Positions 10,890-23,121 of a stretch of 36,798 nt of DNA are shown here, in pieces; the first letter of the stretch is position 1, and every line of letters starts with the position of its first letter. A model generated the notes under the pieces. It was not told the DNA's origin and ran no database searches. It worked only from the letters and a program-made list of their open reading frames with translations. Origin of the DNA: a virus (Duplodnaviria > Caudoviricetes); the IMG/VR virus record IMGVR_UViG_3300030330_005218, positions 1 to 36,798 of that record; one strand, written 5' to 3'. Both the position numbers and the translations under genes were made by a program.

Positions 10890-11192
10890 ATGAAAGCTTT
10901 ATACAATAAAACAACAAAAGAGGTTCTTGAATGGCTTGACTCCACCTCAAACGCAATGGGCCTCGGTCCTGACATTGGTTTTATTAATCTACCTGACGTT
11001 TCAGAAGAAGATTCAAAAAGTATTACAAATCTAAACGATGTCACTGGATTTTCTCTCAAAGAATGCCAAGATAATAGAAAAGCCGAATATCCCAGTTTAG
11101 AGGAGCAACTAGACCACATATATCACAACGGAATTGATTCTTGGAAAACAAATGTAGTTCAACCAGTCAAAGATAAATATCCGAAACCATAA
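10890..11192 (+). CDS. Small phage protein, possible fibre-assembly chaperone
   Basis: C-terminal R..EYPSLEEQLD..YH.GID.WK....VKDKYPKP motif, which I recall next to tail-fibre genes in aquatic phages. The function is inferred from position. Confidence 0.55.
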   Translation: MKALYNKTTKEVLEWLDSTSNAMGLGPDIGFINLPDVSEEDSKSITNLNDVTGFSLKECQDNRKAEYPSLEEQLDHIYHNGIDSWKTNVVQPVKDKYPKP

Positions 11193-11201
11193 AGCAAAAA
11201 A

Positions 11202-11208
11202 GTGTAAT
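11202..11208 (+). promoter_or_regulatory. GTGTAAT motif (candidate late promoter)
   Basis: Intergenic AAAAAAGTGTAAT, 13 nt before ATG 11222. Confidence 0.6.
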
Positions 11209-11221
11209 TAAACTCTAAGGA

Positions 11222-14200
11222 ATGGCAACGGAAATTAAAAAGTTAAGACCGGAAAGTATAAGGACCACAGGAGCATCGGCTAATGACGTGCTTACTATTA
11301 GTGGCGGCGAAACAGTTTTCGCAAATGAACTTTCTTTGTCCGGCTTAAATATCGGCACTTCTGAGTCATTAGCTGGTAAAAAACTAAATATAGTTGGCGA
11401 TGTAGAGATTTCAGGAACTCTTTTCCAAAGCGGTGATATTTTCACTTCAAGCCCAGATTTGACTCAATCCGGATTTCTTACTGAAGAAAGCACTTCTGGG
11501 ACATATTCAACTCAATTTAATGTAAGTGTCGTAAATGATGGAGGGAATAAATATTATTTAAGTGAGGTAACTGGGGCTAGTCACACAAATGTCTCTCAAG
11601 TCAAACAGTTAGAAATATATCTTCAAAGAGGAAATACCTACAAATTTACTACTGATTCCAGCACAAATACTCATCCGTTTATTTTTGTTACTCAAGGAAA
11701 TGGAGGAAATTATACTTACGAATATACTTCTGGAGTAACAAATTCCAGAGCTCAGAACGGAGGGATTCTTTATTTTAGAGTCCCTCAATCCGTTCCTGAT
11801 ACTCTTTACTATCATTGTGGTGCTCATGGCGGTATGGGCGGAACCGTTAATATAGTAGGGGCTAGCGGAGCTGCTGGTTCTGACGGAGCGACTGGTCCTA
11901 CTGGCCCAACGGGTCCGACCGGCCCAACAGGTCCAACTGGCCCCGGCGGCACTGGCCCTGCCGGTCCAACTGGTCCGACTGGTCCAACGGGGCCTACAGG
12001 CCCAACAGGCCCAACAGGTCCAGTTGGAGCAACAGAGGACTTATCTGCTTCAGGCTTCGTAGACTCATCAACCAACCAAACAATTGGCGGTAATAAAACT
12101 TTTACGAGTGACGTTTCTATTAACAATTTAACTGTAACGGGAACTACGACAACAGTAAATACTACTGACCTTAATGTTAAAGATAATATAATTAAGATAA
12201 ACAGCGGTGAGAGTAGTGCTGGGATTGCCCTTAACTCTGGAGGACTAGTAATAGACAGAGGCAGTGCTACTGATGCAAATATATTGTTTAACGATACTAC
12301 TGATAGATTTGAAGTAAACTTTCCTATAGCTACTGAAAATAATTTAATATTAACAGAAGAAAGCACTTCTGGCACGTACTCTACTCAATTTAACGTAACC
12401 GTTTCTAATCCGGGAGCAGGTAATAAATACTATTTAAGTGAAATAACAGCAGGTAGTCACACAACGACTTCTCAAGTTCAACAGTTGCCAATATATCTTC
12501 AAAGAGGCAATAGTTATAAATTTGTGACAGACTCTAGCACAAATACCCATCCTTTTATTCTTGTGACTCAAGGAGGAGGCGGAGGATATACTTACGAATA
12601 TACTTCCGGAGTGACAAACTCTAGAGCTCAAAATGGAAGCACGCTTTATTTCAGAGTCCCACAATCCGCCCCAAATACTCTTTACTATCAGTGCGGCGCT
12701 CATGGTAATATGGGAGCACCTGTTTATATCGTAGGAGCGAGCGGAGCAACTGGTCCCGCGGGTTCAACCGGTCCGACTGGTCCAACTGGGCCAACAGGAC
12801 CTAGCGGTGCTGATGGCGCGGCTGGTTCGGCCGGTCCAACTGGACCAACGGGCCCAACTGGTCCTACGGGACCAACAGGACCAACAGGTCCAACTGGACC
12901 TGCGGGAGCAGGTGGAGGCGGAGGAGCTTCGGCGACTATAACTTCCGACACTTTTACAGCCAACGGAATACTTACTGGATTTTCTCTTTCTCTTACTCCT
13001 TCAGGAGTAAATAATATATTAGTAAGTGTTGGTGGTATACTTCAGACTCCAACTACAAACTATGTATTAGATGGCAGTACTCTTAATTTAACAAGTGCAC
13101 CTCCTTCTGGAGCAGAAATAGAAGTAAGAAATTTAGACTATCAAGGTGCTAGCGGCGCGACTGGCGCGACTGGTCCAGCCGGTCCGACAGGCCCTACGGG
13201 TCCTACCGGCCCAGCGGGTGCGACTGGGCCAAGTGGCGCATCAGGCGTTGCAGGTCCCGCCGGTCCCGCCGGTCCCGCCGGGGCAGACGGCGCAACCGTT
13301 ACTGGTGTCGGAATAGCTTCCAACAAGCTTTTTACCGGAGACGGAACCACAACAACTTACGCGATAGGTTCAAACGTTTCTCACGTTAAGGACGTAATGG
13401 TTTCGGTGGAAGGGTTAACTCAGATCCCCACAACAGACTATACTCTAACGGGTAGTACAGGAGTTGTATTTACAACTGCAGTCACAAGCGGGCGTTTAAT
13501 AGACATACGCCATTTGGCAATGGGGCCGAGCGGTGTGGCGGGTCCAGCGGGTTCGACTGGTCCAGCAGGTTCGACAGGGCCGAGTGGTGCAACAGGTGCG
13601 GCTGGCCCAACTGGTCCGACCGGACCAACTGGTCCGACCGGCCCTACAGGTCCTAGTGGCGCGACAGGCGCTACAGGCCCGGCTGGTTCTACAGGCCCTG
13701 CGGGTCCAGCGGGCGCTGACGGTGTTGCTTCGGGTGTTCAAAACGTAACCCAAGGATACTTCACTGGCTTAACTTTGACCGGAAGCAGTGTAGGAATAGT
13801 AAGCGGTGCCAGCGGAGTAGTATCTAACCTTGATCTTGCAGATAACAAATTCGACGTTAGTGTTATAGAAGAGAGAGACCTCATAGCAGGAGAAGAAAAT
13901 TTCGGTTCTGTAGAATTATTATTACCTTTCGATGGTTCGAATGGAGCTACAAGCACTTCTGATTCAAGTGATAGAGGTAATTCAATTACTTTCAACGGAA
14001 ACGCTCAAATTTCAACAGCTCAAAGTAAGTTTGGAGGAAGCAGTCTTGGCCTTGATGGCACTGGAGATTATTTAGATGTAGGGGACACTTATTGGAATAC
14101 CGCTCTCAACAATACTGATTTTACTATTGAGTTCTGGGTTAGATTTGACAGTCTAACCGGTGTTACACAGAGGCTCATAGTTAATAACAGCGGTTCAAAT

Positions 14201-17200
14201 GGTCTTGGTGTTTATCTGAATTCAAGTGGGTATTTAGATGCCTTTTTCTATTCTGGCACTTGGCGCTACATGCAGTATAGCGATGGATCAGCAACTCAAA
14301 CGGCTGTGTCTACAAATACTTGGTATCACGTTGCTTGGACAAGAAGCGGCAACGTTTGGACTTTTTTTCTAAATGGAAACATAGAGAGACAAAAAACTAT
14401 GTCGTACACTATAGCGGCAAGCTCTCTTAATAAGTTGATTATAGGCAGAAGAGGAGATACTAGTGGGCAAGAATTAGATGGGTATTTAGACGATATTAGA
14501 ATAACTGTAGGTGTTGCGCGATACACTTCGAGCTTCACGCCTCCGACTTCTGCTCATCCAACATCGTTAGGACATTCAGAAGCTAAGTATATTGGCCAAA
14601 TAGGTGGCATAAACGACGATGATGTAGACTACGGAATACAGAAATTATCTAACTCGCAGTTGATGATTAAAAAGTTATCGAGTAATGATTTTACTCCTGA
14701 CAGACTCTACGTAAACGTCACAGAACTGGGAGCTTTGGGGCATGGTGTGGCTTTTGATGATCTTTATACAGGTGATGGCACAACCACTAATTATGCACTT
14801 TCGAGTAGCGTATCAAACGCTAGAGACCTCTTAGTTTCTGTTCAAGGTTATGTCCAGACTCCTTCAGTAGATTATAGTCTAGTTGGCGGCACAGGAATTT
14901 CATTTAATACAGGTATAGTCAGCGGGCAAGAAATTAATATTAGACATCTAGCTCTTGGCCCAAGCGGCGTTGCGGGAGCGACAGGCCCAACAGGCCCAGC
15001 GGGTTCGACAGGGCCAAGTGGCGCAACAGGTGCGGCTGGTCCTACGGGTCCTACCGGTCCAGCGGGCTCAACCGGTCCGGCTGGCCCAACTGGCCCAACT
15101 GGGCCTACGGGGCCAACCGGTCCCACCGGCCCATCAGGAGCAACAGAAAATTTGTCTGCTTCTGGCTTTATAACAACTGGAGACACAGGGAATTTTGCTG
15201 ATACGACTATATTAGAAAGTTTTTCTCAAGGATTAAACGTTGGCACTAGTTCTAATTTAGCAAGCAGAAAATTGCACGTCGTTGGTGACGTAGAGATTTC
15301 AGGAACTATCTTCCAAAGTGGCTCAGTATTTGAAGGCGGCGGTGGAGGCGGTGGCTCATCTACTTTCGTAGGGTTAAGTGATACCCCGGGAAGCTTTACA
15401 GCCAATAAATATGTTAGAGTTAATTCAGCAGGCAACGCTTTAGAATTTACAGAAACTGTTGGGGGCATAAATAGTACTGATATTTTCACAGGAGATGGAT
15501 CAGTTTCAGGCTTTTTACTAACTCCTACCGCAGTCACTTCTACAAAAGATTTATTAGTATCTATAAATGGCGTTCTTCAAAGACCAGATACTGACTATAG
15601 TATCGTAGGTAATACTGGATTATTTTTTAATACTAGTGTTACTAGTGGATACTTTGTAGAGGCCAGACATATAGTTGGAGTGAGCGGCGCAGCGGGTCCA
15701 GCGGGTCCAGCGGGTCCAGCAGGTCCGGCCGGAGCAGACGGCGCAAGCGTAACTGGCGTCGGGATAGCCTCTAACAATCTTTTCACTGGAGACGGAACCA
15801 CAACGACTTATGCGATAGGTTCAAGCGTCTCTAATGTTAGAGATGTTATGGTTTCGGTAGAAGGACTAGTGCAAATCCCTACGATCGACTATACTTTAAC
15901 AGGTGCTACAGGAATCGTTTTTACGACTGGGGTTACAAGCGGCGATTTAATAGATATACGTCATCTAGCGATGGGGCCGAGCGGTACGGCAGGCGCAGCG
16001 GGCCCTGCAGGTTCCGCGGGCCCAAGTGGAGCAACTGGCGCAGCTGGTCCTACGGGTCCAACCGGCCCAACTGGTCCGACCGGTCCAGCGGGTGCGGCAG
16101 GGCCAAGTGGAGCGAATGGGGCTGCGGGGCCAACGGGGCCAACGGGTCCGACTGGTCCTAGTGGCGCGACAGGCGCTACAGGCCCGGCCGGTTCTACAGG
16201 CCCTACAGGCCCTACGGGTCCAGCGGGTCCAGCGGGCGCTGATGGTGTTGCTTCGGGCGTTCAAAACGTAACCCAAGGCTACTTCACCGGTCTTACTTTA
16301 GACGGAACAGGGACTGGGATATTACAAAACGCAAGCGGCACGATTTCTAATTTAGATCTCGCCGATAATAAATTCGACGTTAGCGTTATTGAAGAATACG
16401 ATTCTGTGGGAGACTCCAGTTGGAGCAACACCAAGTTAATTCTTGAGTTCGCAAGCTCGACATCTACAGAAACATCAACTACGGACAGCAGCTCTAGTAA
16501 TCATCCCATAACATTTGTTGGCAATACAAGAGTTGACTCGACACATAGCAAATTCGGAGGAAAGAGTATTTATTTTGATGGAAGTAGCGATTACCTTAGT
16601 ATACCAGACAGCTCAGATTGGCATATTGGCACAAACGAATTTACTATAGAATTCTGGTGGAGATATACTGCTATCCCTAGTAATACTTGGAATAGTTTCT
16701 GTAGTCAAAGATACCAGTGGAATAATGATGCTGCTTTTGATTTTAATTATAAAACATACGGGGGAGCTAACCAGCTGGCGATTAACTTTAATAATGGCAC
16801 CGCATCCGCAACCGCGTCGTGGAGTCCAAGTATAAATACTTGGTATCATATAGCTGTTTGTCGTGACAGTTCAAATATAAGATTTTTTGTTGATGGCGTG
16901 CAAGTAGGCTCGAATACAGCCAACACTACAGATATATCTAATAGCTCTCAAGACCTTCGAATAGGAGCGTCTAATGCGGGAGGGTCCCCCACGTCTTCAT
17001 CGAATGGGCATATGGACAGCTTCAGGTTTACGAACGGTACGGCTCGTTATACTGCCAACTTTACTCCTCCATCAGCACCTCATCCTGATCAACCTGTAGA
17101 AACAGATGTCAAATATATAGGACAAGTTGGTGGTTGGGACGACACAGACGTCGATTACGGAATAAAGAAACTTTCCAGCACTGAGCTGTCGGTCAAAAAA

Positions 17201-19729
17201 ATGTCATCCAGCGTAGCCGACAGACTTTATGTAAACGTTACGGAACTAGGAGCTTTGGGACATGGGGTAGCTTCCAACAATCTTTTTACCGGAGACGGAA
17301 GTACTACAAATTACGCTATAGGCTCAAGCGTTTCTAATTCTAGAGATGTCATGGTTTCAGTAGAGGGAATGTTACAAGTTCCTACGATTGATTATACTTT
17401 AACAGGGGCAACCGGGATTTCATTTACAACTGCGGTTACTAGTGGGCATTTAATAGACATACGTCACCTTGCGCTGGGGCCGAGCGGTACGGCAGGCGCA
17501 GCGGGTTCGACTGGTCCAGCAGGTTCGACAGGGCCGAGTGGTGCAACAGGTGCGGCTGGCCCAACTGGTCCGACTGGCCCAACGGGCCCGACCGGTCCAG
17601 CGGGTGCGGCAGGTCCGGCTGGTCCGGCTGGCCCTGCGGGAGCAGACGGCGCAACAGTAACTGGCGTAGGCATAGCTTTTGATCAGTCTTATACAGGCGA
17701 CGGGTCAACTACTAACTATGCTTTGTCTAGCAGCGTTTCTCATGTTAGGGACTTGTTGGTGGTAGTTGAGGGGATGGTTCAATCTCCAACTATAGATTAT
17801 ACTTTAACTGGTAACACAGGTATAGTTTTTACTACCGGAGTTCCAAGTGGACAAGAATTAAATATTCGTCATCTTGCGATGGGACCGAGCGGTGTTGCAG
17901 GTCCTGCGGGTTCAACAGGTCCAGCGGGTCCAGCGGGTTCGGCGGGCCCAAGTGGCGCAGCAGGTGCGGCTGGTCCTACGGGTCCTACAGGTCCAGCGGG
18001 TTCGACTGGCCCAGCGGGTCCAGCGGGTCCAGCGGGTTCGGCGGGGCCGAGTGGCGCTGCAGGTGCGGCTGGTCCTACGGGTCCTACGGGTCCGACTGGC
18101 CCTGCGGGGGCAGACGGTGCAACAGTAACTGGCGTTGGGGTAGCTTTTAGCCAAACATTCACGGGTGACGGAGCTACATCAAATTATGCTCTTAGCGCAG
18201 GGGTCAGTGCTACTAAAGACATATTGGTAACAATTCAAGGATTTGCTCAAACACCTGACATAGATTATAACTTATTAGGGACAACTGGTATTTCTTTTAA
18301 TGGAAGTATAATAAATGGACAAGAAGTTAATATAAGGCATCTTGCAATGGGCCCAAGCGGCGTTGCGGGAGCGACAGGCCCAACTGGTCCAGCGGGTTCA
18401 ACCGGTCCGACTGGTCCTACTGGCCCCACAGGGCCTACAGGTCCGACTGGCCCTTCAGCTGCCGCAGCTGTCGAAGGAACGGGAGTTTCTGGCTATGTGG
18501 CAAGGTGGGCTAGCGCCGATACTCTAACAAGCGGAGCGCTTTTTGATAACGGAACCAGAGTTAGCATAGGAACAAATTCACCTGATAGTAAATTACATAT
18601 AGTTGGGGATAATGGAGATCAATTAAAACTAGATAATGATGGAGATCAATGGACTCAGCTTAATTTCGCCAATAATGACACCAATAAAACTTTTCTTGCT
18701 TTAGATCATACTAATCATATTTTTGCATTAGGGGCGCAAGGAGGGTACTCTGATTTAGATTATATCGCTTTTAGGCCTGATGGCACTAATGATGATATGG
18801 TCATTCAGCGTGATGGTAAGGTCGGTATAAATCAGGTAAATCCGCAAAGAAGGCTCCACGTCGTTGGTGACGTAGAAATCTCTGGAACTATATTCCAAAG
18901 CGGTTCTGTATTCGAAGGAGGCGGAGGCGGAGGCGGTGGTTCATCCACGTTCGTCGGCCTGAGCGATACTCCTGCTAACTTTACAAGTTCTGCTGGCAAA
19001 TTCTTACAAGTTAATTCTGCCGCTAATGCGCTAGAGTTTGTAGATGGTAATGGCCTGCTTGATATAACTACAACTAGATTTACTGGGGATGGTGCAACCT
19101 CTGGTTATGCTTTATCTGAAACTATAAACAAAGAGCAAAACTTAATAGTAACAGTTGGCGGTCTTGTGCAAACTCCGGTAGAAGATTATACTTTAGTTGG
19201 AGGAACCGGAGTATTTCTAGACGAGAATGTAGTAAGCGGAGCGGTAGTAGAAGTAAGAAAAATAGCGCAAAATTCTTTCTCTCAAAACGATTCTGTAGCA
19301 GAAGCATTTACAGGAAATGGAACAACTTCTGGATTCGCGCTTTCTGTCGCGCCTCTTAACGCTGACCCGGCAAATGTGCTTGTAGCGCTGAACGGTGTTT
19401 TACAGCAGCCGACTACTTCGTATGTTGTAGATGGATTAAATGTTAACTTTGCTTCTGGCACAGTTGCAAGTGGTGATATAGTTGATGTAAGACATACGAC
19501 TTTGAGTAAGGCTCAACCGAACTATCATCAAGATATATTTACAGGTAACGGAGTCGTATCCGGCTTTTCAATGGGCAGAACAGTTTCTAATATTCTAGAA
19601 ACAACTGTATTTGTAAATGGCCTAGCTCAAATATCCGATGTAAACTATTTCGTAGATGGAACGAGCTTGACTTTTGCTTCTGGTGATATAGCCAGCGGCG
19701 ATTTAATAATGGTGAGACATGTATACTAA
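11222..19729 (+). CDS. Giant modular fibre/scaffold protein (2835 aa): 2 cupredoxin-like domains, 11 FTGDG modules, 2 embedded LamG domains, many collagen tracts
   Basis: Single 8.5-kb ORF with GPT/GPA/GPS tracts, duplicated HPF...LYYxCGAHGxMG domains, repeated FTGDG...RHL modules and GIGT..P..KLHIVG-type fibre repeats. Ends IMVRHVY. Confidence 0.88.
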   Translation: MATEIKKLRPESIRTTGASANDVLTISGGETVFANELSLSGLNIGTSESLAGKKLNIVGDVEISGTLFQSGDIFTSSPDLTQSGFLTEESTSGTYSTQFNVSVVNDGGNKYYLSEVTGASHTNVSQVKQLEIYLQRGNTYKFTTDSSTNTHPFIFVTQGNGGNYTYEYTSGVTNSRAQNGGILYFRVPQSVPDTLYYHCGAHGGMGGTVNIVGASGAAGSDGATGPTGPTGPTGPTGPTGPGGTGPAGPTGPTGPTGPTGPTGPTGPVGATEDLSASGFVDSSTNQTIGGNKTFTSDVSINNLTVTGTTTTVNTTDLNVKDNIIKINSGESSAGIALNSGGLVIDRGSATDANILFNDTTDRFEVNFPIATENNLILTEESTSGTYSTQFNVTVSNPGAGNKYYLSEITAGSHTTTSQVQQLPIYLQRGNSYKFVTDSSTNTHPFILVTQGGGGGYTYEYTSGVTNSRAQNGSTLYFRVPQSAPNTLYYQCGAHGNMGAPVYIVGASGATGPAGSTGPTGPTGPTGPSGADGAAGSAGPTGPTGPTGPTGPTGPTGPTGPAGAGGGGGASATITSDTFTANGILTGFSLSLTPSGVNNILVSVGGILQTPTTNYVLDGSTLNLTSAPPSGAEIEVRNLDYQGASGATGATGPAGPTGPTGPTGPAGATGPSGASGVAGPAGPAGPAGADGATVTGVGIASNKLFTGDGTTTTYAIGSNVSHVKDVMVSVEGLTQIPTTDYTLTGSTGVVFTTAVTSGRLIDIRHLAMGPSGVAGPAGSTGPAGSTGPSGATGAAGPTGPTGPTGPTGPTGPSGATGATGPAGSTGPAGPAGADGVASGVQNVTQGYFTGLTLTGSSVGIVSGASGVVSNLDLADNKFDVSVIEERDLIAGEENFGSVELLLPFDGSNGATSTSDSSDRGNSITFNGNAQISTAQSKFGGSSLGLDGTGDYLDVGDTYWNTALNNTDFTIEFWVRFDSLTGVTQRLIVNNSGSNGLGVYLNSSGYLDAFFYSGTWRYMQYSDGSATQTAVSTNTWYHVAWTRSGNVWTFFLNGNIERQKTMSYTIAASSLNKLIIGRRGDTSGQELDGYLDDIRITVGVARYTSSFTPPTSAHPTSLGHSEAKYIGQIGGINDDDVDYGIQKLSNSQLMIKKLSSNDFTPDRLYVNVTELGALGHGVAFDDLYTGDGTTTNYALSSSVSNARDLLVSVQGYVQTPSVDYSLVGGTGISFNTGIVSGQEINIRHLALGPSGVAGATGPTGPAGSTGPSGATGAAGPTGPTGPAGSTGPAGPTGPTGPTGPTGPTGPSGATENLSASGFITTGDTGNFADTTILESFSQGLNVGTSSNLASRKLHVVGDVEISGTIFQSGSVFEGGGGGGGSSTFVGLSDTPGSFTANKYVRVNSAGNALEFTETVGGINSTDIFTGDGSVSGFLLTPTAVTSTKDLLVSINGVLQRPDTDYSIVGNTGLFFNTSVTSGYFVEARHIVGVSGAAGPAGPAGPAGPAGADGASVTGVGIASNNLFTGDGTTTTYAIGSSVSNVRDVMVSVEGLVQIPTIDYTLTGATGIVFTTGVTSGDLIDIRHLAMGPSGTAGAAGPAGSAGPSGATGAAGPTGPTGPTGPTGPAGAAGPSGANGAAGPTGPTGPTGPSGATGATGPAGSTGPTGPTGPAGPAGADGVASGVQNVTQGYFTGLTLDGTGTGILQNASGTISNLDLADNKFDVSVIEEYDSVGDSSWSNTKLILEFASSTSTETSTTDSSSSNHPITFVGNTRVDSTHSKFGGKSIYFDGSSDYLSIPDSSDWHIGTNEFTIEFWWRYTAIPSNTWNSFCSQRYQWNNDAAFDFNYKTYGGANQLAINFNNGTASATASWSPSINTWYHIAVCRDSSNIRFFVDGVQVGSNTANTTDISNSSQDLRIGASNAGGSPTSSSNGHMDSFRFTNGTARYTANFTPPSAPHPDQPVETDVKYIGQVGGWDDTDVDYGIKKLSSTELSVKKMSSSVADRLYVNVTELGALGHGVASNNLFTGDGSTTNYAIGSSVSNSRDVMVSVEGMLQVPTIDYTLTGATGISFTTAVTSGHLIDIRHLALGPSGTAGAAGSTGPAGSTGPSGATGAAGPTGPTGPTGPTGPAGAAGPAGPAGPAGADGATVTGVGIAFDQSYTGDGSTTNYALSSSVSHVRDLLVVVEGMVQSPTIDYTLTGNTGIVFTTGVPSGQELNIRHLAMGPSGVAGPAGSTGPAGPAGSAGPSGAAGAAGPTGPTGPAGSTGPAGPAGPAGSAGPSGAAGAAGPTGPTGPTGPAGADGATVTGVGVAFSQTFTGDGATSNYALSAGVSATKDILVTIQGFAQTPDIDYNLLGTTGISFNGSIINGQEVNIRHLAMGPSGVAGATGPTGPAGSTGPTGPTGPTGPTGPTGPSAAAAVEGTGVSGYVARWASADTLTSGALFDNGTRVSIGTNSPDSKLHIVGDNGDQLKLDNDGDQWTQLNFANNDTNKTFLALDHTNHIFALGAQGGYSDLDYIAFRPDGTNDDMVIQRDGKVGINQVNPQRRLHVVGDVEISGTIFQSGSVFEGGGGGGGGSSTFVGLSDTPANFTSSAGKFLQVNSAANALEFVDGNGLLDITTTRFTGDGATSGYALSETINKEQNLIVTVGGLVQTPVEDYTLVGGTGVFLDENVVSGAVVEVRKIAQNSFSQNDSVAEAFTGNGTTSGFALSVAPLNADPANVLVALNGVLQQPTTSYVVDGLNVNFASGTVASGDIVDVRHTTLSKAQPNYHQDIFTGNGVVSGFSMGRTVSNILETTVFVNGLAQISDVNYFVDGTSLTFASGDIASGDLIMVRHVY
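13545..13620 (+). repeat. 76-bp exact direct repeat, copy 1 (copy 2 at 17499-17574)
   Basis: CAGCGGGTTCGACTGGTCCAGCAGG...CCAACTGGTCCGAC is identical at both loci, including synonymous positions. Confidence 0.85.
17499..17574 (+). repeat. 76-bp exact direct repeat, copy 2
   Basis: Identical to 13545-13620. Confidence 0.85.
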
Positions 19730-20838
19730 TGAAGTTACCTAAATTAACAAATTTATCAGTTACCGGTACGACGGTTGGGGATGTGCATTTTCCAAAAGTG
19801 AAGCTGTTGTTGCCTTTTGATGGTTCGAACGGCGCCACGTCAACGACTGATAGCAGCAACACTAATAACTCAGTGACTTTTGTCGGTACTGCTCAGTTAT
19901 CTACGGCGCAAAGCAAATTTGGTGGGAGCAGCCTTCTACTGGATGGTAATAGCGACTACATATATATAGCTAACGATGACTTAGATTTTTCAAGCACTGA
20001 AAGTTTTACTCTTGAATTTTGGGTCTATTTTAATAATATAGACGATGGAAATATAGTAAATTTTTACTCTGATTATTCTGGAGCCAGCAACGGAATGTCA
20101 ATTGATAAGAGTACTGGTAATGTGCTTAGAGCTCATAATGGAGACTCGACCCGTATTACTGGAACAACGACAGTTTCAGCTGGCCAATGGTATCACATAG
20201 CGCTATCTGGCACTTCTGGGAGTTATAAACTATTTCTAAACGGAACTCAAGAAGGCAGCACTAGCAGTAATGGCTTCACAGGCGGCACTACTAATAAGTA
20301 TATAGGGACTTTCTATTGGGCAGGTTTAGGAGGGGCGGTTCGTCTCTTGAACGGGTATATTGAAGATTTTCGTATCACGAAAGGTGAAGCGCGCTATACT
20401 TCAAACTTTACCCCGCCGACTTCCGCTCATTTAACTTCCGCAGGCGACGTAAATAAGCACATTGTCGTCAACTCGGACGCGGACGGTGTAGCGATTGGTA
20501 CAGGCGGAATTAACCAAGCTCGGATTGCGAAAGCGTGGTGTAACTGGGACCAGACAGGAACAATCGCTATAAGATCTAGTTATAACATTTCTAGTATAAG
20601 TGACCTTGGTACTGGACGCACAGATGTAAATTTTTCAACCGCTATGGCTGATACAAATTATACCGCGGCCGTATACGGAAATCATTCAAGCTCTAATTCT
20701 GCATATACAAATTTTTCTGAGTATCAATCTTATGGAGCGGTATTGAGAACAGTAAACGATATTGAAGTCACTCATTATAAAGCTGGCACAGGCTACATTG
20801 ACTCAAAGCAGGCAGATTTAATAATTTTCGGGAATTAA
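19729..20838 (+). CDS. LamG/ConA-like adhesin cassette 3
   Basis: Same architecture. Start overlaps the stop of the giant fibre gene (TAATG). Confidence 0.82.
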   Translation: MKLPKLTNLSVTGTTVGDVHFPKVKLLLPFDGSNGATSTTDSSNTNNSVTFVGTAQLSTAQSKFGGSSLLLDGNSDYIYIANDDLDFSSTESFTLEFWVYFNNIDDGNIVNFYSDYSGASNGMSIDKSTGNVLRAHNGDSTRITGTTTVSAGQWYHIALSGTSGSYKLFLNGTQEGSTSSNGFTGGTTNKYIGTFYWAGLGGAVRLLNGYIEDFRITKGEARYTSNFTPPTSAHLTSAGDVNKHIVVNSDADGVAIGTGGINQARIAKAWCNWDQTGTIAIRSSYNISSISDLGTGRTDVNFSTAMADTNYTAAVYGNHSSSNSAYTNFSEYQSYGAVLRTVNDIEVTHYKAGTGYIDSKQADLIIFGN

Positions 20839-20841
20839 AAA

Positions 20842-21972
20842 ATGAGAGAATTAAAACTAAGTAATGTTAAGGTCGCGGGTCAGTCTAGCGGAGAGACTAA
20901 CTTTAATAAAGTATCTCTGCTCCTTCCTTTTGATGGGTCGGATACCGCAACTTCTACTAGCGACGAAAGTGATAATTCTCATACAATAACTTTTGCCGGT
21001 ACAGCTCAGCTAGATACAGCTCAAAAGAAATTTGGAACAGCTAGCCTTTTGCTAGATGGAGATAGTGATTATATTCAAGTCGCAGACCACGATTCATTTG
21101 ATTTTGACGCCGGAGACTTTACTGCTGAATGTTGGATTAGATTTGCAGCTTTGGGCAACAACACTATATTCAGTCATTGGGCAAATGGTACGGCAAGCTC
21201 AATGTCTTACTATTTAACATACTTTAACAGTAGCGGTATTTTAAGACTAGGTTATTATTTGGGCGGTAATCTCGATTCGACTTATTCGTGGTCGCCTTCT
21301 ACTGGTACTTGGTATCATGTCGCGCTAGAAAGAAGCGGTACAACAATAAAAGTATATATAGATGGTACGTCGGTAATTTCTGTATCTGCCTCTACTACAG
21401 CTTTAAGAGATTCTGAGGATCCGTTTAGAATAGGAGTATTTAATGACGCTACAACTGGCAGCCCGAGTTTAGATTGGTATTTTAATGGTCACATAGACGA
21501 CCTTAGAATAACTAAAGGTATTGCTCGTTATGGTACTAACTTTACTCCTCCAACTTCAGCGCATGAAACAACCGGAGGAGATGGAAACTTGCCTGTAGTA
21601 TTAGACGCTGATGCTACTGGAGTTAGAGTGGATTATGATGGGACAACTAACCAAACGCGACTTGCAAAAGCGTGGGTGAATTTTAATGGATCCGGGACAG
21701 TTCAAATAAGGAGCAGTTATAATATAAGTAGTATTACGGATCAAGCAACTGGATTCTACGTGGCCAACTTTTCAACAGCTATGGCAAACCATGATTATTG
21801 TGCGACCGTCAGCTCAGGTTGGAACACTGTGACTTGGGGCATTCCTATGTTTGGAACTATATCGGGAGAAACCACCCCTTTCACTGCTAGTAAAATAGGA
21901 GTTACGGTGAACGATCCGTCCGATACTGACACAGATAATGCGTTCGTAATGATACAAGTTTTCGGGAATTAA
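20842..21972 (+). CDS. LamG/ConA-like adhesin cassette 4 (divergent linker)
   Basis: LamG motifs and AKAWVNF...FGN present. Linker AHETTGGDGNLPVVLDADATG differs from the others. Confidence 0.82.
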   Translation: MRELKLSNVKVAGQSSGETNFNKVSLLLPFDGSDTATSTSDESDNSHTITFAGTAQLDTAQKKFGTASLLLDGDSDYIQVADHDSFDFDAGDFTAECWIRFAALGNNTIFSHWANGTASSMSYYLTYFNSSGILRLGYYLGGNLDSTYSWSPSTGTWYHVALERSGTTIKVYIDGTSVISVSASTTALRDSEDPFRIGVFNDATTGSPSLDWYFNGHIDDLRITKGIARYGTNFTPPTSAHETTGGDGNLPVVLDADATGVRVDYDGTTNQTRLAKAWVNFNGSGTVQIRSSYNISSITDQATGFYVANFSTAMANHDYCATVSSGWNTVTWGIPMFGTISGETTPFTASKIGVTVNDPSDTDTDNAFVMIQVFGN

Positions 21973-21975
21973 AAA

Positions 21976-23115
21976 ATGAATATAACCAAGCCAAGATTAG
22001 ACCAATTTAAAATAACCGGAAGCACGGTTGGAGATTTGCATTTTCCGAACGTCATCTTTCTCGCTAAGTTTGATGGCTCAAATGGCAGCACCAGTATCAC
22101 AGATTCTAGCAACAAAAATAATTCAATAACTGTGAACGGGGGCGCTCAAATTTCGACGGCGGCTAGCAAGTTCGGTGGAAGTAGCCTTAAGCTTGATTAC
22201 GAAAATGCGGGAACGGGAGATAGATTAATTGCCGATACAGTGGCGGATAATTTAACGTCAACTACTCATACTATAGAATTTTGGTTTAAAACTGATATGG
22301 CAGATAGTCATATCACTAGTCAAGATCCTGCCTTTTTTGGATTTAATGATGCTGGTAACAGTTATGATAATAGAATCATGCTGCAGATGACTTCCAAGAC
22401 TAATCTTCGTTTTTATCGCGGGGCTAGTAACTATCACGACATGACAGTCAGCGCTATGAATGATGACGCATGGCATCATATAGCAATTGTTTCTGACGGA
22501 ACAGATTATGATATATATTTCGATGGCAGCAGAATAAGTTCAGATGCAGGGGATTCTAGGCAAATAAATTCAAACGATACTTTTATGATTGGCGCAGAGT
22601 ATGACTCTGGTCCAAGTACAGGTAATTATTTTAGCGGTTATATAGATGATTTTAGAATTACTAACGCAGTAGCTAGATACACCGGAGATTCTTTTGCTTT
22701 ACCTACGACACATCTAACTTCCGAGGGAGATGTCAATAAACACATTGTCGTCAACTCTGACGCAGACGGTGTGGCGATAGGAACGGGCGGAATTTCTCAA
22801 GCTCGGATTGCTAAAGCTTGGGTAAACTTTAACGGAACGGGAACTGTGGCGATTAGGAGCAGTTACAATGTGAGTAGCATTACAGATGACGGAACGGGCC
22901 GGTATGATGTTAATTTTTCAACAGCGATGCCTGACAATGATTACAGCGTAGTTTCGGATGGTCGTTACAACACTGGAGATAGCGCTGGATCATCTGTCGT
23001 TACTGTAAGAAGAGAAGCTTTAACTACTTCGAAGTTCGGCGTGAGAGGAGCTAATGTTGCAACAGAAGCTTTCAATGATTTTGAAATGGTATCAGCAATA
23101 GTTTTCGGGAATTAA
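21976..23115 (+). CDS. LamG/ConA-like adhesin cassette 5
   Basis: Same architecture as the other cassettes. Confidence 0.82.
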   Translation: MNITKPRLDQFKITGSTVGDLHFPNVIFLAKFDGSNGSTSITDSSNKNNSITVNGGAQISTAASKFGGSSLKLDYENAGTGDRLIADTVADNLTSTTHTIEFWFKTDMADSHITSQDPAFFGFNDAGNSYDNRIMLQMTSKTNLRFYRGASNYHDMTVSAMNDDAWHHIAIVSDGTDYDIYFDGSRISSDAGDSRQINSNDTFMIGAEYDSGPSTGNYFSGYIDDFRITNAVARYTGDSFALPTTHLTSEGDVNKHIVVNSDADGVAIGTGGISQARIAKAWVNFNGTGTVAIRSSYNVSSITDDGTGRYDVNFSTAMPDNDYSVVSDGRYNTGDSAGSSVVTVRREALTTSKFGVRGANVATEAFNDFEMVSAIVFGN

Positions 23116-23121
23116 AAAAAT

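Noticed and set aside
2422-18527. Minus-strand (GPV)n ORFs and alternate-frame Arg/Gln-rich ORFs in the ORF track
   Set aside because: These are shadows of the collagen-coding repeats, which lack stops in other frames. They are fully nested in long + strand genes.
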